Of a DNA stretch of 64,000 nucleotides, positions 56,530 through 64,000 are shown in pieces (the stretch's first letter is position 1; every line of letters begins with the position of its first letter). Position numbers and translations under genes: made by a program. The notes under the pieces were generated by a model. The model had not been told where the DNA came from and searched no databases. It saw only the letters and a list, made by a program, of their open reading frames with translations. The DNA is from Amoebidium appalachense (lineage: Eukaryota; Protista; Ichthyosporea). Location of the stretch: the NCBI GenBank assembly GCA_963693365.1, contig CAVNZM010000011.1, forward strand, positions 4,100,639 through 4,164,638, given 5' to 3'.

Positions 56530-57294
56530 GTGTGCGTGCGTGTGTTGTATGTGTGTGTGTGACAGTATGTGGATGTGTTTGAAGACCAAAGGGAATGAAG
56601 CGGATGGGGAGGAAGATGGGTGGGGCCACGGGCGGCTGGGTGGGTGCCGTAGGGGAGGTGGGGTGGTGAGAGGGGGGACAGGAAGGGGAGGGGGTGGGGG
56701 TGGGGGGAGGGGGTTAGAATCCCAATACGAAATAGTTTTCGAGTGAAGGAACTGAACCTATAATGTCAATACCTGGCAAAAAGAAACCAATTTCCCCCCC
56801 TCCCCCCCCCCCCCCCCCCCTCCCCCCCCCCCTTTTCCCCACCCAGTCACCCACCCCCAACTTCCCCATACACAGTCACACAAACACCAACTCCACCCAG
56901 CTTATAAACCAGAAGAAGTAAAAAGGAAACAAAGAATGACTCCTCTGTACAAAGGATCCAGACACCCAAGCAACCCAGCTCCCCATTATGGGCACTGCTG
57001 CTAGACAAGAAACTTCACGAAATCCACTCCTTCCCCACGCCCTAATCTAGTTACTCGCTCTCAAACGCTTCTTGGGAAATGCCTGACAAACTAACCACAT
57101 ACCAGCGCTATCGCCTCCGTACCCCAACCCTTGGCCCTTCTTAAAAGCTGACACCACAGAGCTACAAAAACACACTCACAGAAACTAAAGCGACCCTCCC
57201 CCCTATCCCCCTTTTACAAAGCTCACAAGTCACTTATCTAGGCCCACACCCAACCAGCAAAGACAAGTAGACACGGGCACACACACACACGCAC

Positions 57295-57360
<66 letters not shown>

Positions 57361-57865
57361 ACACACACACACACACACACACACTCACCCACACACCCAC
57401 TCACACACCCACACACACACACTCAACCACCCACACATCTCACCACAAACATACACGCACAAACACACGCACACACACCTGCGTGTCCAGATCCATTAAA
57501 TCCTCCTCATCCATCTCGCTCTCACACTTTCTAATCCACGTCTGGAAGCTCCTGTTGTCGGGTGACAACGCAAACCCCGTCTTGAACGCCTGCCGTGCTG
57601 TCACGTACTCATCCATGTTGAATAGGGCCAGCCCCTTTTGCATGTAAGCAAACCAGCTGCTTGCATCTTGCTTGATTGCCTTGGTCGCATCTTCGTTTGC
57701 CTCAAGATACTCTTCGAGCTTGTTGCGTGTCGCTGCGCGCTTGGAGAGGTAGGCAGGGTTGTTTGGTTCGTGTGTGAGTGCCTGTGTGTAATACTTCAGC
57801 GCGCCCTCGTAGTTTTCCTCCACAAAACACTCGTTCGCTTTTGCGTAAGTGCTTGCACCCGCCAT
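51766..57865 (-). CDS. SUGT1: SGT1/SUGT1 Hsp90 co-chaperone (TPR-CS-SGS), exons 57479-57865, 56359-56424, 55292-55560, 54312-54440, 53118-53278, 51766-51895
   Basis: [24 protein letters not shown]...WIRKC; CS domain [12 protein letters not shown]...VEIKLKK..KWPALE; SGS domain YPSS...DWD...[42 protein letters not shown]...PPEGME. One C appears missing in a homopolymer at 55482-55487. Confidence 0.95.
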
Positions 57866-58807
57866 CTTCTTGTGCGCGTGCTGTGACCTTAAACAAAGAT
57901 GTATTAAATAACCTCTTGATTTTGTACGTTCTTTCTTTCTCCTCCCTCACGCCGTTCTGTCTGTTCTTGAAACTGTTTCCGGATTTTTCGTTTTTTCGTG
58001 CTGCTCTGTAAACCAATGAAAAGAATTCGCGTAGTAGCCTAGTAAGGATGTAAAGGATGACGCTTCACCTAAGAGCAAGGTGTGGTACCGTTTCGTTAAC
58101 AAAGTTTAGGAATCAGAAAGCACCATGGGTCGCTTTTCAGAACAGTAAACAGTGCTGCTCATAAAAATATCTGGAACATAAACCAAGCTAACAATACAAA
58201 CTGTTAAATAAACACAGATGAAAGCAGCTCATAACAAACCAGGTGTGTATATTGTTTATATATCCAGGGGTTACGAATTGGGAATTAAAGCAAGCATATC
58301 TCTCATGACCCGGATCGGTTTGCGCCTATCGGCTCGGACCATTCCTGTGCAACTGACGCACTGGCCGCCACTAGCCCGCCACTCGCACCGCCGGTGTTAC
58401 CGTTTTCTCTTTTCATTCCTGCAGCTTGGGGCCTTTTCTTTCTACCACCGAAGCTGGGCAAATTTGGTTGAACAGACCCATTACCAGAAACAAGAATTTA
58501 GGGAAAGAAAATATTTTTCAAAGGAGTTCAAAGCTTAGGTTTTATTTGTGCCCTTGATTTACATCCTGCTCAATTCTATCCTCCTTTAGCTGCGAAATGG
58601 TTGCTGAGATCCAGGAGTGCCGTGAATCCAGAAATATCTCACCCTCACTGAGCTGGCACAATCAATACAGCATAGTTCATGTTTTTCAGTACGATATTGG
58701 CCAGTTTCTCGTGCATGCATAGTTTGGAAGACATATAACGCATCCTGCTTTGCCATTTTTCCTGGTCAAATCCTCTGGATAGCACTAGTGCCAGCTGAAA
58801 TACAAGA
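57866..58807. promoter_or_regulatory. Divergent (bidirectional) promoter region between SUGT1 and the SIKE-like gene
   Basis: Head-to-head ATGs about 940 bp apart; microsatellite-free; CCAAT at ~58013. Confidence 0.55.

Positions 58808-64000
<5,193 letters not shown>

Overview
Eukaryotic genomic DNA, probably a unicellular opisthokont (the gene set looks holozoan-like; this is inference). Introns and spacers are saturated with poly-G/poly-C, (GT/AC)n and (CT/AG)n tracts, so almost all of the supplied ORF track is microsatellite noise. I spliced the genes by hand. Genes found: the 5' part of Rab21 (-); an intact 12-exon Spinster/SPNS MFS transporter (-); an intronless, frameshifted Cys/Pro-rich secreted-protein gene (-); RPL28 (-), which hosts a SNORD38/snR61-like box C/D snoRNA; two tandem decaying M20D amidohydrolase copies (+); SGT1/SUGT1 (-); and a divergent SIKE/FGFR1OP2-like gene (+) that runs off the window. 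Mobile DNA: a near-full-length two-ORF non-LTR retrotransposon (APE+RT), a DIRS-like remnant, a Tc1/mariner-type non-autonomous element and a 1.5 kb TSD-flanked insertion with a tRNA-like head. The two most unusual signals are (1) the LINE's terminal 25 nt are complementary to an in-frame segment at the start of its own ORF2 and also resemble its insertion site, and (2) many introns use (GT)n as donor context and (CA)n-AG with no polypyrimidine tract as acceptor, often bracketing the intron as a potential fold-back.
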